Assembly (NCBI GenBank): GCA_963701365.1
Contig: CAVOZX010000027.1
Span: forward strand, 8,998-72,997
DNA length: 64,000 nucleotides
Direction of reading: 5' to 3'
DNA from: an uncultured Actinomycetota bacterium
Lineage (GTDB): Bacteria; Actinomycetota; Actinomycetes; Actinomycetales; Microbacteriaceae
The position numbers were made by a program, and so were the translations under genes. Below, one piece after another: positions 29,862 through 40,838 of the stretch. Below the pieces are notes generated by a model that had not been told where the DNA came from, searched no databases, and worked only from the letters and a program-made list of their open reading frames with translations. Positions within the stretch are counted from its first letter, which is position 1; each line of letters begins with the position of its first letter.

Positions 29862-31376
29862 ATGTCCACGCTCAGTCCCGCGCTCGACCGGCCGCGGCCG
29901 GTCGGCGGCGCCGCGCGCACCTACGAGGTCCGCACGTTCGGATGCCAGATGAATGCTCACGACTCCGAACGGCTCGCGGGCTCCCTCGAGCGAGCGGGCT
30001 ATCGCCCCGCAGCGCCAGGCGACGACGCGGACGTGGTCGTGATCAACACCTGCGCTGTGCGCGACAACGCGGCGGGGCGTCTGTATGGCACTCTCGGCCA
30101 TCTGAAGTCCCGCAAGGACCGACGCGAGGGCATGCAGATCGCGGTAGGCGGATGCCTCGCGCAGATGGACCGTCAGACTGTGCTCGAGAAGGCGCCGTGG
30201 GTGGACGTCGTCTTCGGCACGCACAACATGGGGTCGCTGCCGACGCTCCTGGAGCGCTCCCGCCACAATGGCGAGGCCGCGCTGGAGATCCTGGAAGCGC
30301 TCGAGGTGTTCCCCTCGACCCTTCCCGCCCGGCGTGACAGCTCCGCCAGCGGGTGGGTGTCCATCTCCGTCGGATGCAACAACACCTGCACGTTCTGCAT
30401 CGTGCCGAGCCTGCGAGGCAGGGAGAAGGATCGCCGCCCGGGCGACATCCTCGAGGAGATCCGGATGCTCGTCGACGACGGCGCGATCGAGGTGACTCTG
30501 CTCGGGCAGAACGTGAACTCCTACGGCGTCGAATTCGGCGACCGGCACGCGTTCGGGAAGCTGCTGCGCGCGGCCGGCGCGGTCGACGGTCTGGAGCGGC
30601 TGCGCTTCACCAGCCCGCACCCGGCCGCGTTCACCGACGACGTGATAGCGGCGATGGCCGAGACGCCGGCGGTGATGCCGCAGCTGCACATGCCGCTCCA
30701 GTCCGGGAGCGACCGGGTCCTGCGGGCCATGCGCCGCTCCTACCGCAGCGCCAGGTTCCTCGGAATCCTGGACCGGGTGCGCGAGCGCATCCCCGAGGCC
30801 GCGATCTCCACCGACATCATCGTCGGATTCCCCGGCGAGACGGACGCCGACTTCGAGGACACCCTGCGGGTCGTCGAGCGCGCGCGATTCGCCAGTGCCT
30901 TCACATTCCAGTACTCGATCCGCGAGGGCACGCCCGCGGCGACCATGCCGGACCAGGTTCCCAAGGAGGTCGTGCAGGAGCGATACGAGCGACTCATAGC
31001 ACTGCAGGAGCAGATCTCCCTGGAGGAGAACCAGCGGCAGGTGGGGCGGGAGGTCGAGGTGCTGGTCTCGACCGGCGAGGGCCGGAAGGATGCCGCGACC
31101 TCCCGCGTGACCGGACGGGCCCCCGACCACCGGCTCATGCATGTCGCGGTCGCCGCCGGCGCCCCCGCCCCGCGTCCGGGCGATGTCCTCACCGCCACCG
31201 TGACCCACGCCGCGCCGTTCCACCTGCTCGCCGACGGACTCGACGGCCGCCTCCGGCGCACGCGCGCGGGCGACGCGTGGGAGCGGTCGACCGCGCAGGC
31301 CTGCGCCACGACCGATCCCGCGGCCGCCCCGCGGTCGGTCGCGCTCGGGATCCCGGTGACCCGCGCCGCGGGGTGA
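29862..31376 (+). CDS. miaB: tRNA-2-methylthio-N6-dimethylallyladenosine synthase
   Basis: [18 protein letters not shown], radical SAM motif [18 protein letters not shown] and TRAM domain. Confidence 0.96.
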   Translation: MSTLSPALDRPRPVGGAARTYEVRTFGCQMNAHDSERLAGSLERAGYRPAAPGDDADVVVINTCAVRDNAAGRLYGTLGHLKSRKDRREGMQIAVGGCLAQMDRQTVLEKAPWVDVVFGTHNMGSLPTLLERSRHNGEAALEILEALEVFPSTLPARRDSSASGWVSISVGCNNTCTFCIVPSLRGREKDRRPGDILEEIRMLVDDGAIEVTLLGQNVNSYGVEFGDRHAFGKLLRAAGAVDGLERLRFTSPHPAAFTDDVIAAMAETPAVMPQLHMPLQSGSDRVLRAMRRSYRSARFLGILDRVRERIPEAAISTDIIVGFPGETDADFEDTLRVVERARFASAFTFQYSIREGTPAATMPDQVPKEVVQERYERLIALQEQISLEENQRQVGREVEVLVSTGEGRKDAATSRVTGRAPDHRLMHVAVAAGAPAPRPGDVLTATVTHAAPFHLLADGLDGRLRRTRAGDAWERSTAQACATTDPAAAPRSVALGIPVTRAAG

Positions 31377-32341
31377 GCGCACCGCTGCTCTGGGCGGTGG
31401 TCGGAGCCACCGGCACCGGGAAGACCCGCATTTCGCTGGATCTTGCCGAGGCGCTGGCGGCCGAGGGCCGTGCGGCGGAGATCGTGAACGCCGACGCGAT
31501 GCAGCTCTACCGGGGCATGGACATCGGAACCGCGAAGCTCCCCGCCGAGGAGCGTCGCGGTATCCCGCACCGGATGTGGGACGTGCTCGCGGTGACGGAG
31601 GAGTCGAGCGCCGCGTGGTACCAGCAGCGCGCACGCGACGCCGTCCTCGCCGCACACGAGCGGGGCGCGGATGCGATCCTGGTGGGCGGGTCCGGCCTGT
31701 ACGTGTCCAGCGTCATCCACCGTCTCCGATTCCCGCCGCGCGATGCGCGCCTGCGGACGCGACTGGAGCAGGACCTGGCCGAGCTCGGTCCGGGGATGCT
31801 GCACGCCCGACTGCGAGCTGCCGACCCGGATGCCGCGGCGCGGATCGACCCGCGCAATTCCCGGCGCATCGTGCGCGCCCTCGAGGTGCTCGCGCAGGAC
31901 GGTCCGGCGCGAGCGGACGAGGCAGCACGGGATCCGTCGGGCGTGTGGCATCCCCGCACCCGGATCATCGCCCTGCATCGGGAGCGGGCGGACCTGGTCG
32001 CCGAACTCGACGCCCGGATGCTGCGGATGTGGCGGGAGGGGCTCCTCGAGGAGACCGCTGCGCTGCGCAGCGCCGGCCTGGAACAGGGAGTCACGGCTCG
32101 GCGCGCGATCGGCTACGCCCAGGCGCTGGCCCACCTGGACGGTCGGATGACGCGGGACGAGGCTGTCGCGGCCGCCCAGACCCTCACTCGCGCCTACGCC
32201 CGCCGCCAGGTCTCGTGGTTTCGTCGGTACAGGGGTGCTCAGTGGGTCGACGCCGGTGCGGAGGGCGCCGGTGCGGGGGTGGGCTCCCTGGTGGCCGGGG
32301 CCGAGGATCAGCGCCGGATCCCGGGCGAGCCCGCGTCCTAG
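31373..32341 (+). CDS. miaA: tRNA dimethylallyltransferase
   Basis: [32 protein letters not shown] and YARRQVSWF. Confidence 0.95.
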   Translation: MSAPLLWAVVGATGTGKTRISLDLAEALAAEGRAAEIVNADAMQLYRGMDIGTAKLPAEERRGIPHRMWDVLAVTEESSAAWYQQRARDAVLAAHERGADAILVGGSGLYVSSVIHRLRFPPRDARLRTRLEQDLAELGPGMLHARLRAADPDAAARIDPRNSRRIVRALEVLAQDGPARADEAARDPSGVWHPRTRIIALHRERADLVAELDARMLRMWREGLLEETAALRSAGLEQGVTARRAIGYAQALAHLDGRMTRDEAVAAAQTLTRAYARRQVSWFRRYRGAQWVDAGAEGAGAGVGSLVAGAEDQRRIPGEPAS

Positions 32342-32350
32342 ACTGGAGCG

Positions 32351-33199
32351 ATGCCGACGATCCCGTTCACCAAGGGGCACGGCACCGGCAACGACTTCGT
32401 GGTGTTCGCGGACCCCGACGACGCGTTCGATCTGCGCGCGGACCAGGTCGCGGCGCTGTGCGACCGCCGGTTCGGCATCGGCGCCGATGGCATCCTCCGC
32501 GCGGTCCCCGCCGGACCGGAGGCGCAGGCGGCCGGAGCGCACTGGTTCATGGACTACCGCAACGCTGACGGCGGGCTGGCCGAGATGTGCGGGAACGGCG
32601 CCCGCGTGTTCGTGCGGTTCCTCCGGGAGGCCGGCCTCGTGGCAGGCGACACCGTACTGATCGATACCCGAGCCGGGATCCGGCGGGTGCGACAGGTCGA
32701 CGGCGGGTTCGACGTCGACCTCGGCCCGTTCCAGACCGGACACGGCGAACCGCTCGTCAGCGCGCGGGGTCTCGCGGTCGCCCGGCCGGGCCTGCCCGTG
32801 GACATCGGCAATCCCCATGTGGTGGTCGCCCTCTCCTCGGAGAAGGAATTGGCGGGCCTCGACCTCGGCCGCGCACCCGTCGTGGACCCGGCGCCGCCCT
32901 CGGGGGCGAACGTGGAGTTCGTGGTTCCGCGGGATCCGCTGGTGCGCGGGGGCGTGGGCGCGCTGCGGATGCGCGTGTTTGAGCGCGGCGTGGGGGAGAC
33001 CCTCAGCTGCGGGACCGGCGTCGCTGCCGCGGCGATCGCGGTCCGCGCCTGGGCCGGCCCGGCCGCCCCCGACCGCTGGATGGTCGAGGTGCCCGGCGGC
33101 ACCCTCGGAGTGCGCATCACCGACGACGCGGATGCACCGCATGCGGTCCTGTCGGGTCCGGCTGCGCTGGTGTTCTCCGGCGAGGTGACCCTGACCTGA
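32351..33199 (+). CDS. dapF: Diaminopimelate epimerase
   Basis: [19 protein letters not shown] and [13 protein letters not shown]. Confidence 0.95.
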   Translation: MPTIPFTKGHGTGNDFVVFADPDDAFDLRADQVAALCDRRFGIGADGILRAVPAGPEAQAAGAHWFMDYRNADGGLAEMCGNGARVFVRFLREAGLVAGDTVLIDTRAGIRRVRQVDGGFDVDLGPFQTGHGEPLVSARGLAVARPGLPVDIGNPHVVVALSSEKELAGLDLGRAPVVDPAPPSGANVEFVVPRDPLVRGGVGALRMRVFERGVGETLSCGTGVAAAAIAVRAWAGPAAPDRWMVEVPGGTLGVRITDDADAPHAVLSGPAALVFSGEVTLT

Positions 33200-33204
33200 A
33201 CCCG

Positions 33205-33846
33205 TCACTCGCCGCCGGCGGCCCCCGGAGCGGCGTCCGCGTGGCGGCGCACCTTGATCACCCGGTATCCCCGGCCGGTCGCGGCCCGGTGCACGCCGAA
33301 CCCGGATCGCAGCGACGACTCCAGCCAGCGCTGGAGCGAATCCGCGCCGAGGTTCCGCTGCACGACCAGCCACGCGTCCGATCGCTCGTCCAGGCGCGGG
33401 AGCCAGTGCAGCAGCATCTGGTGGAGCACGTCCTTGCCCACCCGGATCGGCGGATTGCTGCGGATCGACCGGAAGAGCACGTCGTCGGGAACATCGTCGG
33501 GACGCACGGCGTTCACATTCGACAGGCCCAACTCCGCCGCGTTGCGGCGGACGAGGTCCAGGGCCCGTTCGTTGACGTCCACGGCCCACACGCTCGCGTG
33601 CGGGGACGCCAGCGCCGCCGACAGCGCGATCGGTCCCCAGCCGCAGCCGAGGTCGAGGAGGTCGCCACCGGCCGGAGGCGGCGGACTGTTCGACAGCAGG
33701 ACGGCGGTGCCGGTGTCGAGGCGGTCGGGACTGAACACGCCGCCCGCGGTGGAGACATCCACCGTCCTGCCCCCCAGTTCCACCCGGATGCGGCGCAGGT
33801 TCATAGGGCCGTCGGGAGCGACACTGAAGTAGTGATCGCTCCCCAT
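33205..33846 (-). CDS. Class I SAM methyltransferase (MTS/RsmC-like)
   Basis: HYFS, GVFSPDRLDTGT, LDLGCGWGPI and SNPPIRVGK. Confidence 0.88.
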   Translation of the reverse strand: MGSDHYFSVAPDGPMNLRRIRVELGGRTVDVSTAGGVFSPDRLDTGTAVLLSNSPPPPAGGDLLDLGCGWGPIALSAALASPHASVWAVDVNERALDLVRRNAAELGLSNVNAVRPDDVPDDVLFRSIRSNPPIRVGKDVLHQMLLHWLPRLDERSDAWLVVQRNLGADSLQRWLESSLRSGFGVHRAATGRGYRVIKVRRHADAAPGAAGGE

Positions 33847-33947
33847 GGCGTGAAGCGTACCCCCCAACGGGTGCAGCAGCCCGGCGGGAAAGCGGACGAG
33901 AGGTTAGGGTGAACGCACATTCGAGCAGTGCCGACGGAAGGGTCAGC

Positions 33948-35417
33948 GTGAGCGACGCAGCCGTGGAGCCGGCGGAGTGGCCACCGCTGGCCGACGCCGA
34001 CGACGCGCAGGCTTCGGCCGTTGGGGGGGAGGCCGTCGACGCGGACGGCGAACAGTGGGACCGGGAGGAACGCGCCGCCCTGCGCCGGGTGCCGGGACTG
34101 TCGACGGAACTGCAGGACGTCAGCGAAGTCGAGTACCGGCGGCTGCGGCTGGAGAAGGTGGTCCTGGTCGGCGTGTACGCGCCCGGCGCGCACCAGGACG
34201 GCGAGAACTCGCTGTGGGAACTGGCAGCACTGGCCGAGAGCGCGGGCGCCGTGGTGCTCGACGGCGTGCTGCAGCGCCGGCCGCATCCCGACCCCGCCAC
34301 GTATGTCGGCCGTGGCAAGGCGGAGGAGCTGCGCGCGATCGTGGCGGCCGTCGGAGCCGACACCGTCGTCGCCGACACCGAGCTGACCCCGAGCGCACGC
34401 CGGGCGCTGGAGGACGTGGTACGCGTCAAGGTGATCGACCGGACGGCTGTGATCCTGGACATCTTCAGCCAGCACGCCAAGAGCCGCGAAGGCAAGGCGC
34501 AGGTGGAGCTGGCGCAGCTGGAGTACCTGCTGCCGCGACTGCGCGGATGGGGCGAGTCGATGAGCCGGCAGGCGGGCGGGCAGGTCGCCGCAGGCGGGGC
34601 CGGAATGGGATCCCGTGGTCCCGGTGAGACGAAGATCGAGCTGGACCGTCGCCGGATCCGCACGCGGATGGCGGCCTTGCGCCGGCAGTTGCGCGGGTAC
34701 GGACCGGCCCGGGCCGCCAATCGCGCCCAGCGTCGCCGCCGCGAGGTGCCGTCCGTCGTGATCGCCGGGTACACCAACGCCGGCAAATCCAGCCTGCTCA
34801 ATCGCCTCACCGGGGCCGGGGTGCTGGTCGAGAACGCCCTATTCGCGACCCTCGACGCGACCGTGCGGCGAGCCACCACCGCCGACGGCCGTGCATACAC
34901 CATCGCCGACACGGTCGGATTCGTCCGCGATCTTCCGCACCAGCTGGTCGAGGCGTTCCGGTCGACGCTGGAGGAGGCCGCCGAGGCGGACGTGATCGTG
35001 CACGTGGTGGATGCGTCGCATCCGGACCCGGCAGCTCAGATCAGCACCGTCCGGCAGGTGCTCGCCGAGGTGGGGGTGCGCGGGGCGCACGAGATCATGG
35101 TGTTCAGCAAGGCCGACCTCGTCGACGCCGACGCCCGGCTGGTGCTGCGAGGACTGGACCGGGACGCCGTGTTCGTCTCGGCGCGCACCGGGGAGGGGAT
35201 CGAACGGCTTCGGGACGCGATCGCGGACGCCCTGCCGATGCCCGCCGTCGACGTGCACGCGGTCGTCCCGTACGACCGGGGAGACCTCGTCGCGGCTGTG
35301 CATGATCAGGGCGTGGTCGTCTGGCAGCGGCACGATGAGGGCGGGACGCGCCTGCACGCGCATGTCCCGCCCGCTCTCGCATCGCGCCTGGCGCCCTTCA
35401 GCCGCGCCGCAGGGTGA
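33948..35417 (+). CDS. hflX: Ribosome-splitting GTPase HflX
   Basis: EGKAQVELAQL, GPGETKIE, GYTNAGKS, LFATLD and DTVGF; start 33948 or 33909. Confidence 0.95.
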   Translation: MSDAAVEPAEWPPLADADDAQASAVGGEAVDADGEQWDREERAALRRVPGLSTELQDVSEVEYRRLRLEKVVLVGVYAPGAHQDGENSLWELAALAESAGAVVLDGVLQRRPHPDPATYVGRGKAEELRAIVAAVGADTVVADTELTPSARRALEDVVRVKVIDRTAVILDIFSQHAKSREGKAQVELAQLEYLLPRLRGWGESMSRQAGGQVAAGGAGMGSRGPGETKIELDRRRIRTRMAALRRQLRGYGPARAANRAQRRRREVPSVVIAGYTNAGKSSLLNRLTGAGVLVENALFATLDATVRRATTADGRAYTIADTVGFVRDLPHQLVEAFRSTLEEAAEADVIVHVVDASHPDPAAQISTVRQVLAEVGVRGAHEIMVFSKADLVDADARLVLRGLDRDAVFVSARTGEGIERLRDAIADALPMPAVDVHAVVPYDRGDLVAAVHDQGVVVWQRHDEGGTRLHAHVPPALASRLAPFSRAAG

Positions 35418-37314
35418 CCGGCGGCACGCCCTCCGGACGGAATCCGAGGGTGCTCCCCAGGAAGCCGAGTTCGGTCTCCATCTGACGGACGAGCGTGTCG
35501 GCGCGCCGGAATCCGTGTCCCTCGCCGTCGAAGACGAGGTAGAGGTGGGGGATGCCGCGTCGCTCCAATTCGTCCCGGATCGCCTCGGATTGCGCGGGCG
35601 GCACGATCCGATCCGCCAGGCCCTGTTCGATCAGGAGCGGGGCTCGGATGCGGTCGAGCCGGCTCAGCGGCGACCGCTCCCGATACACATCCGTGCGCTC
35701 CGGGGCGGCGCCCACCAGCGCCTCCGTGTAGTGGGATTCGAATTCCGGCCCGCTCCGAGCCAGGCTGCGCAGATCGGCGACCGCGTAACGGGCGATGCCG
35801 GCGGCGAACAAATCGTCCGCGACGAGGGCGCATAGCACCGTCCACCCGCCCGCCGACCCGCCCGCGATCGCCAGGGCATCGGGGTCGGTCAGCCCCTGGC
35901 CGATCAGCTCGCGGCCCGCGGCGAGCACGTCCGCGACGTCGGCGACCCCCCAGCGGCCGCGCAGCCGCTCCCGATACGCGCGGCCGTACCCCGAGGACCC
36001 GGCGTAGTTCACCTCGAGCACGCCGATGCCGCGGCTGGTCAGAGCCGCAGTCTTCACCGACGGCGCCGGGGATGCGTGCCCGGTCGGGCCGCCGTGGACC
36101 GACACCACGTAGGGAGGACGGGTCGCGTCCGGGCCCTGCGCGTGCGGGTTCGTCGGCGGGAAGCGGACCGCGTGCACGGGCCCGTCCGGTCCGCGGATGG
36201 TCATCGGAACGGCGACCGGCATCCAGGCAGCCCCCCAGGGCGACCGGCCGCCGCGGACGGGACGGACCGCTCCGGAGGCCACGTCCACCCGCCACAGGCC
36301 CGGACCCTCCAGTCCTGCCCCGGAGACCAGCGCCTCTCGGCCCGAGACGTCCTCGATCAGAGCCTCTCCGAGGATCGGACTCTCCAGGACGCGGACCGCG
36401 CCACCCGGCGAGATCACCGCCAGTTCGTCCCGACCCTGCGTGCGCACGGCGATCACCTCGCCGCCGGCCAGCTCCGCGAACCATCGGGATCCCAGGGACC
36501 ACAGCGGGCCACCCGTGTCTGCGTCGTACCGCGCCAACTCCCGGGGGGCGCCACCGTGCTCGCTGACCCAGATGTTCCAGCGCCCGCGCGAATCGTCGCA
36601 GAAGGCGAGTCTGCCGTCCCGCAGCCACGTCGGCTGAAGGGCTGCTCCCATGCCGCCGATGGTCCGTGCGCCGGTCGAGCCGCCCGGCCCCATCCGGGCC
36701 ACGTGCACGCGCGCGTCGTCCCACGGCATCGACGGGTGCCGCCACGACAGCCATGCCAGCATCGAACCGTCCGGCGAAAGTGCCGGCTGCGCCACGAAAT
36801 CGCCGGACCTCGCCAGCACGGTGATCGCCGCCGGACTGGCGGCCCCGGACCCGTCCAGCGGGATCCGGACGATCTCCCGGATGCCGGGACCCCCGTCGTC
36901 GGGCATCCGTTCCCGCACCGCGAGGAGCAGCCCGCGCTGATACGACAGTCCCCCGTAACGGGACACGGGATCCGCCGGCGTCAGCGCCGCCACGGATCCC
37001 GCGGCGACCCGGCGCACCCGCTGATCGTGCTGATCGACGAACACGAGCACCGGTCCGGGAGCGGTCGTCCATGCCCCGCCGCCGTATTCGTGAACACGCG
37101 ACCGGGCGCTCCACGGCGCCGGCAGGACATCCTCGACGGCGCCGTCCGGCCGGAATCTCCGCACCGAGGTGCGACCGTCCTCGGAAGGCACCGACTCGCC
37201 CCACCACGGCTGCCCATGCACCCAGCGCGCCCCCTCGATCCGCGGCACAGCGGCCGCCGCCGCCGTGGGCGTGATCGGCGTCGGCCATGTGCCGAACGGA
37301 ATCGCGGGGATCAT
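35398..37314 (-). CDS. S9-family prolyl oligopeptidase/acyl-peptide hydrolase
   Basis: VHGGPT, GSSGYGR, GGSAGG nucleophile, DRIVPP and EGHGFR. Confidence 0.9.
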   Translation of the reverse strand: MIPAIPFGTWPTPITPTAAAAAVPRIEGARWVHGQPWWGESVPSEDGRTSVRRFRPDGAVEDVLPAPWSARSRVHEYGGGAWTTAPGPVLVFVDQHDQRVRRVAAGSVAALTPADPVSRYGGLSYQRGLLLAVRERMPDDGGPGIREIVRIPLDGSGAASPAAITVLARSGDFVAQPALSPDGSMLAWLSWRHPSMPWDDARVHVARMGPGGSTGARTIGGMGAALQPTWLRDGRLAFCDDSRGRWNIWVSEHGGAPRELARYDADTGGPLWSLGSRWFAELAGGEVIAVRTQGRDELAVISPGGAVRVLESPILGEALIEDVSGREALVSGAGLEGPGLWRVDVASGAVRPVRGGRSPWGAAWMPVAVPMTIRGPDGPVHAVRFPPTNPHAQGPDATRPPYVVSVHGGPTGHASPAPSVKTAALTSRGIGVLEVNYAGSSGYGRAYRERLRGRWGVADVADVLAAGRELIGQGLTDPDALAIAGGSAGGWTVLCALVADDLFAAGIARYAVADLRSLARSGPEFESHYTEALVGAAPERTDVYRERSPLSRLDRIRAPLLIEQGLADRIVPPAQSEAIRDELERRGIPHLYLVFDGEGHGFRRADTLVRQMETELGFLGSTLGFRPEGVPPVTLRRG

Positions 37315-37394
37315 CGTCGCCACGTTACCGATCGCGCCGGGGCCGTCTTCACAGTCGGTCACGCGGCGCGCGCGACGGATCCCTGCATTACCAT

Positions 37395-37510
37395 GGGACC
37401 CGTCGTCGCCCGGTCGCTGCGACGGCCGGCGCGCCGGCCTCGGCCCGGGCCGGGAGCGACAGCCGAGCCCGGCACCCGCCCGCGACGACGCGTCCCGACC
37501 GGACGCGTCC
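37395..37510 (+). promoter_or_regulatory. Structured 5' leader of metF-metE (candidate riboswitch)
   Basis: 14/15-bp inverted repeat (37395-409 with 37482-496), a competing hairpin (37487-509) and a TACCAT -10 element at 37389. Confidence 0.4.
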
Positions 37511-37544
37511 ACGGACCGAACCGTCATCCGAGCCGGGGAACAGC

Positions 37545-38504
37545 ATGGCCATCGACCTGAGCGAACCGCCCGTGCCGTTCTCGTTCGAGGTATACCCGCC
37601 GCGCCGCGCCGAGAACATGCCCGCGCTGCAGGAGACGATCCGCCGGCTGGCGGACCTCGGCCCCCGGTTCATCTCGGTGACGTATGGCGCCGGGGGGTCG
37701 ACAGGCGGTCCGTCCCTGGACGTCCTGCGATACATCCTGACCGAGACCACAGTCCTTCCACTGGCCCACCTGACATGCGTGGGCACCACCTACGCGGGTG
37801 CCGTCGGGTTGATCCGCGAGTTCCTCGATGCGGGGATCTCGAGCTTCCTCGCCCTGCGCGGCGACCCCCCGGTGGGCATGAGCGAGGATGACGTGTTTCT
37901 CGGAGATCTGGACAGCGCCGCCGAGCTGGTCCAGCTGATCGCCCGAGTGCAGGCCGAGCGCGCGCCCTACGCGGAGGTGCCGATCCCGGGACACCCCGGC
38001 ACCGCCCGGATCGCTCCCGGCCCCGGCGTCGACATCGCCGTGGCCGCGTTCCCGAACGGGCATCCGCGATCCCGGCATCCGGCCGAGCACATCGACGCCC
38101 TGCTGGCCAAACAGGCCGCCGGTGCCACCCTGGCGATCACGCAGGTGTTCTTCCACGCCGAGGACTACCTCGCTTTCGTGGAGCGAGCGCGCGTCGCGGG
38201 GGTCACGATCCCGATCCTGCCCGGCATCATGCCCGTGACCTCGCCGGCGCGGCTGCGGCGGGTGCTGGAGCTCAGTGGCGAGGCGATGCCCGAATCGCTC
38301 GCCGCCGCGCTCGCCGGACAGTCCACGCCCGACGGTCAACGCGACGCCGGCGTCGCGTACGCTGCGGCGTTGTCACGCGCCGTCCTGGCCGGCGGCGCGC
38401 CCGGCCTGCACCTCTATGCATTTAACGACCACGCCCCGGTCCTCGCCGTGCTGCGCGAGGCGGGAGTGGTCCCATCCGCCGAACACCTGGAGGCACCACG
38501 ATGA
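37545..38504 (+). CDS. metF: 5,10-methylenetetrahydrofolate reductase
   Basis: [35 protein letters not shown] and PGIMP. Confidence 0.93.
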   Translation: MAIDLSEPPVPFSFEVYPPRRAENMPALQETIRRLADLGPRFISVTYGAGGSTGGPSLDVLRYILTETTVLPLAHLTCVGTTYAGAVGLIREFLDAGISSFLALRGDPPVGMSEDDVFLGDLDSAAELVQLIARVQAERAPYAEVPIPGHPGTARIAPGPGVDIAVAAFPNGHPRSRHPAEHIDALLAKQAAGATLAITQVFFHAEDYLAFVERARVAGVTIPILPGIMPVTSPARLRRVLELSGEAMPESLAAALAGQSTPDGQRDAGVAYAAALSRAVLAGGAPGLHLYAFNDHAPVLAVLREAGVVPSAEHLEAPR

Positions 38505-40837
38505 CCGTCGACCACCCCGATTTCGCCCGCGGCACCATCCTGGGCTACCCGAGGATCGGACCGCGCCGCGAGCTCAAGCGCGCCGTGGAGTCCTACTGGT
38601 CGGGCGCCGCCGACCTCGACGACCTCGAGCGGGAGGCGGCGCTCCTGCGTCGGCGGACCCGGGAGCGGCTGGCCGAGTTGGGCCTGGGTCGCGAGGACAG
38701 CGCGATCCCCGAGTCGTTCTCCTTCTACGACCAAGTGCTGGATGCCGCGCTCACCGTCGGCGCACTGCCCGAGCGGTTCGCCGGTCTCCGGGAGCCGAAC
38801 GGCCGGATCGGGCTCGACGCGTACTTCGCCGCGGCCCGGGGGCGTGCGGATGCTGCGCCGCTCGAGATGACGAAGTGGTTCGACACGAACTACCACTACC
38901 TGGTCCCGGAGATCGGACCGGACACCCGCTTTGCCCTCTCCAGCGACCGGCTCGCCGGGCAGGTCGCCGAGGCCCGCGCCGACGGGATCACCGTCCGGCC
39001 CGTCGTGGTCGGTCCCGTGACGCTCCTGGCGCTGGCCAAACCCGCCCCCGGATCCCCGGCGGGATTCGACCCGCTCAGCCGCCTGGACGACGTGCTGCCC
39101 GTCTACCGGGACCTGCTCTCCGCGCTGCGCAGCGCCGGCGCCGACTGGGTGCAGCTGGACGAGCACGCTTTGGTCAGCGAGACGCTGCCAGCGGACCCCG
39201 AACGGCTCGCGGAGGCGGCCGCGCACGCCTACGAGGGGCTCGGCGCCGAGTCGGACCGGCCCGCCATCCTCGTCGCCGCGGGCTACGCGGCGTTGTCGGA
39301 CCAGGCGTGGCGGGCGCTGGCGGCAGCACCCATCGAGGGCATCGCCATCGACCTGGTGAGGGGAACGGTCCCGCCGGCCGTCCCGGGATTGGACGGCAAG
39401 ATCCTCGTCGGAGGCGTCGTGGACGGCCGGAACATCTGGCGGGGTGATCTGGACCGCGCCCTGCGCAGCCTGGAAGCGTTGTCGGAGCTGGGCGCGGCGC
39501 AGGTGTCGGCGGGCACGTCGACGTCGCTGCAGCATGTTCCCCACGACGTGTCCGACGAGCCCGAGCTGGACCCCCGGCTGGCATCGTGGCTCGCGTTCGC
39601 GGATCAGAAGGTCCAGCAGGTGGTGTGGCTGGCGCGCGGGCTCGAGCACGGTCGTGACGCCATCGCCGCAGAGCTGGACGCTGCGTCCGCGGCCCTCGCG
39701 GACCGGCGGTCGGCTCCCGGGGTGCGCGACGGTGCAGTCCGCCGGCGACTGTCGGCACTGACAGCGGCCGACTACGAGCGCGGCGACTACGCGGAGCGGG
39801 CGCGCGCGCAGCAGCGGGCGCTGCACCTTCCGCCGCTGCCGACCACGACGATTGGCTCCTTCCCCCAGACCGGGGACATCCGCCGGGCCCGGGCGCGACA
39901 CGCGAAGGGCGAGATCGACGACCGGCAGTACGAGCAGTTCCTCAGGGAGGAGATCGGACGGGTGGTGCGGCTGCAGGAGTCGCTCGGCCTGGATGTGCTC
40001 GTGCACGGCGAGCCCGAGCGCAACGACATGGTGCAGTACTTCGCGGAACTCCTGGACGGCTTCGCCGTCACCCGCAACGGCTGGGTGCAGTCCTACGGGT
40101 CCCGGGCGACCCGCCCCTCGATCCTGTGGGGCGACGTCGCGCGCCCGGCACCGATGACGGTGGCGTGGTCGACGTACGCCCAGTCCCTGACGAACAAGCC
40201 CATGAAGGGGATGCTGACGGGCCCGGTGACCATTCTCGCCTGGTCCTTCGTCCGCGACGATCAGCCGCTGGGCGAGACGGCGGACCAGGTGGCCCTCGCG
40301 CTGCGCGACGAGATCGCGGACCTGGAGACCGCCGGCATCCGAGTCGTGCAGGTGGACGAGCCCGCGCTGCGAGAACTTCTGCCACTGAAGAGGGCCGATC
40401 AGCCGGGCTACCTCGACTGGTCCGTCGGATCCTTCCGTCTGGCCACCGCGGGCGCCGCGGCGGCGACCCAGGTGCACACCCACCTGTGCTACTCGGAGTT
40501 CGACGTGGTGATCGGCGCCATCGCTGCCCTGGACGCCGACGTCACCTCCATCGAGGCCGCCCGCAGCCGCGGCGAGGTGATCGGTGACATCGCGCGATCC
40601 GGTTTCTCGCACGGGGTGGGGCCGGGCGTGTACGACATCCATTCGCCGCGGGTGCCCTCCATCGACGAGGTCGCCGAACTGCTGGAGCGAGCCGCATCCG
40701 AACTGCCGCTGGATCAGGTGTGGGTGAACCCGGACTGCGGGCTGAAAACGCGCGGGTACGAGGAGACGGAGGCGTCGCTGCGCAACGTGGTCGCCGCCAC
40801 GCAGCGGGTGCGTGCAGCGCACCCCGTGACGGCCTGA
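38501..40837 (+). CDS. metE: Cobalamin-independent methionine synthase
   Basis: [44 protein letters not shown] and [11 protein letters not shown]. Confidence 0.97.
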   Translation: MTVDHPDFARGTILGYPRIGPRRELKRAVESYWSGAADLDDLEREAALLRRRTRERLAELGLGREDSAIPESFSFYDQVLDAALTVGALPERFAGLREPNGRIGLDAYFAAARGRADAAPLEMTKWFDTNYHYLVPEIGPDTRFALSSDRLAGQVAEARADGITVRPVVVGPVTLLALAKPAPGSPAGFDPLSRLDDVLPVYRDLLSALRSAGADWVQLDEHALVSETLPADPERLAEAAAHAYEGLGAESDRPAILVAAGYAALSDQAWRALAAAPIEGIAIDLVRGTVPPAVPGLDGKILVGGVVDGRNIWRGDLDRALRSLEALSELGAAQVSAGTSTSLQHVPHDVSDEPELDPRLASWLAFADQKVQQVVWLARGLEHGRDAIAAELDAASAALADRRSAPGVRDGAVRRRLSALTAADYERGDYAERARAQQRALHLPPLPTTTIGSFPQTGDIRRARARHAKGEIDDRQYEQFLREEIGRVVRLQESLGLDVLVHGEPERNDMVQYFAELLDGFAVTRNGWVQSYGSRATRPSILWGDVARPAPMTVAWSTYAQSLTNKPMKGMLTGPVTILAWSFVRDDQPLGETADQVALALRDEIADLETAGIRVVQVDEPALRELLPLKRADQPGYLDWSVGSFRLATAGAAAATQVHTHLCYSEFDVVIGAIAALDADVTSIEAARSRGEVIGDIARSGFSHGVGPGVYDIHSPRVPSIDEVAELLERAASELPLDQVWVNPDCGLKTRGYEETEASLRNVVAATQRVRAAHPVTA

Positions 40838-40838
40838 C

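Noticed and set aside
30740-34912. 1390-aa minus-strand ORF
   Set aside because: Shadow of miaB, miaA, dapF and hflX, with an Arg/Pro/Ala-rich non-protein-like composition.
37393-37560. Leader peptide upstream of metF
   Set aside because: The ATG overlaps the putative -10 element, there is no Met or Cys codon run, and the frame extends out of frame into metF.
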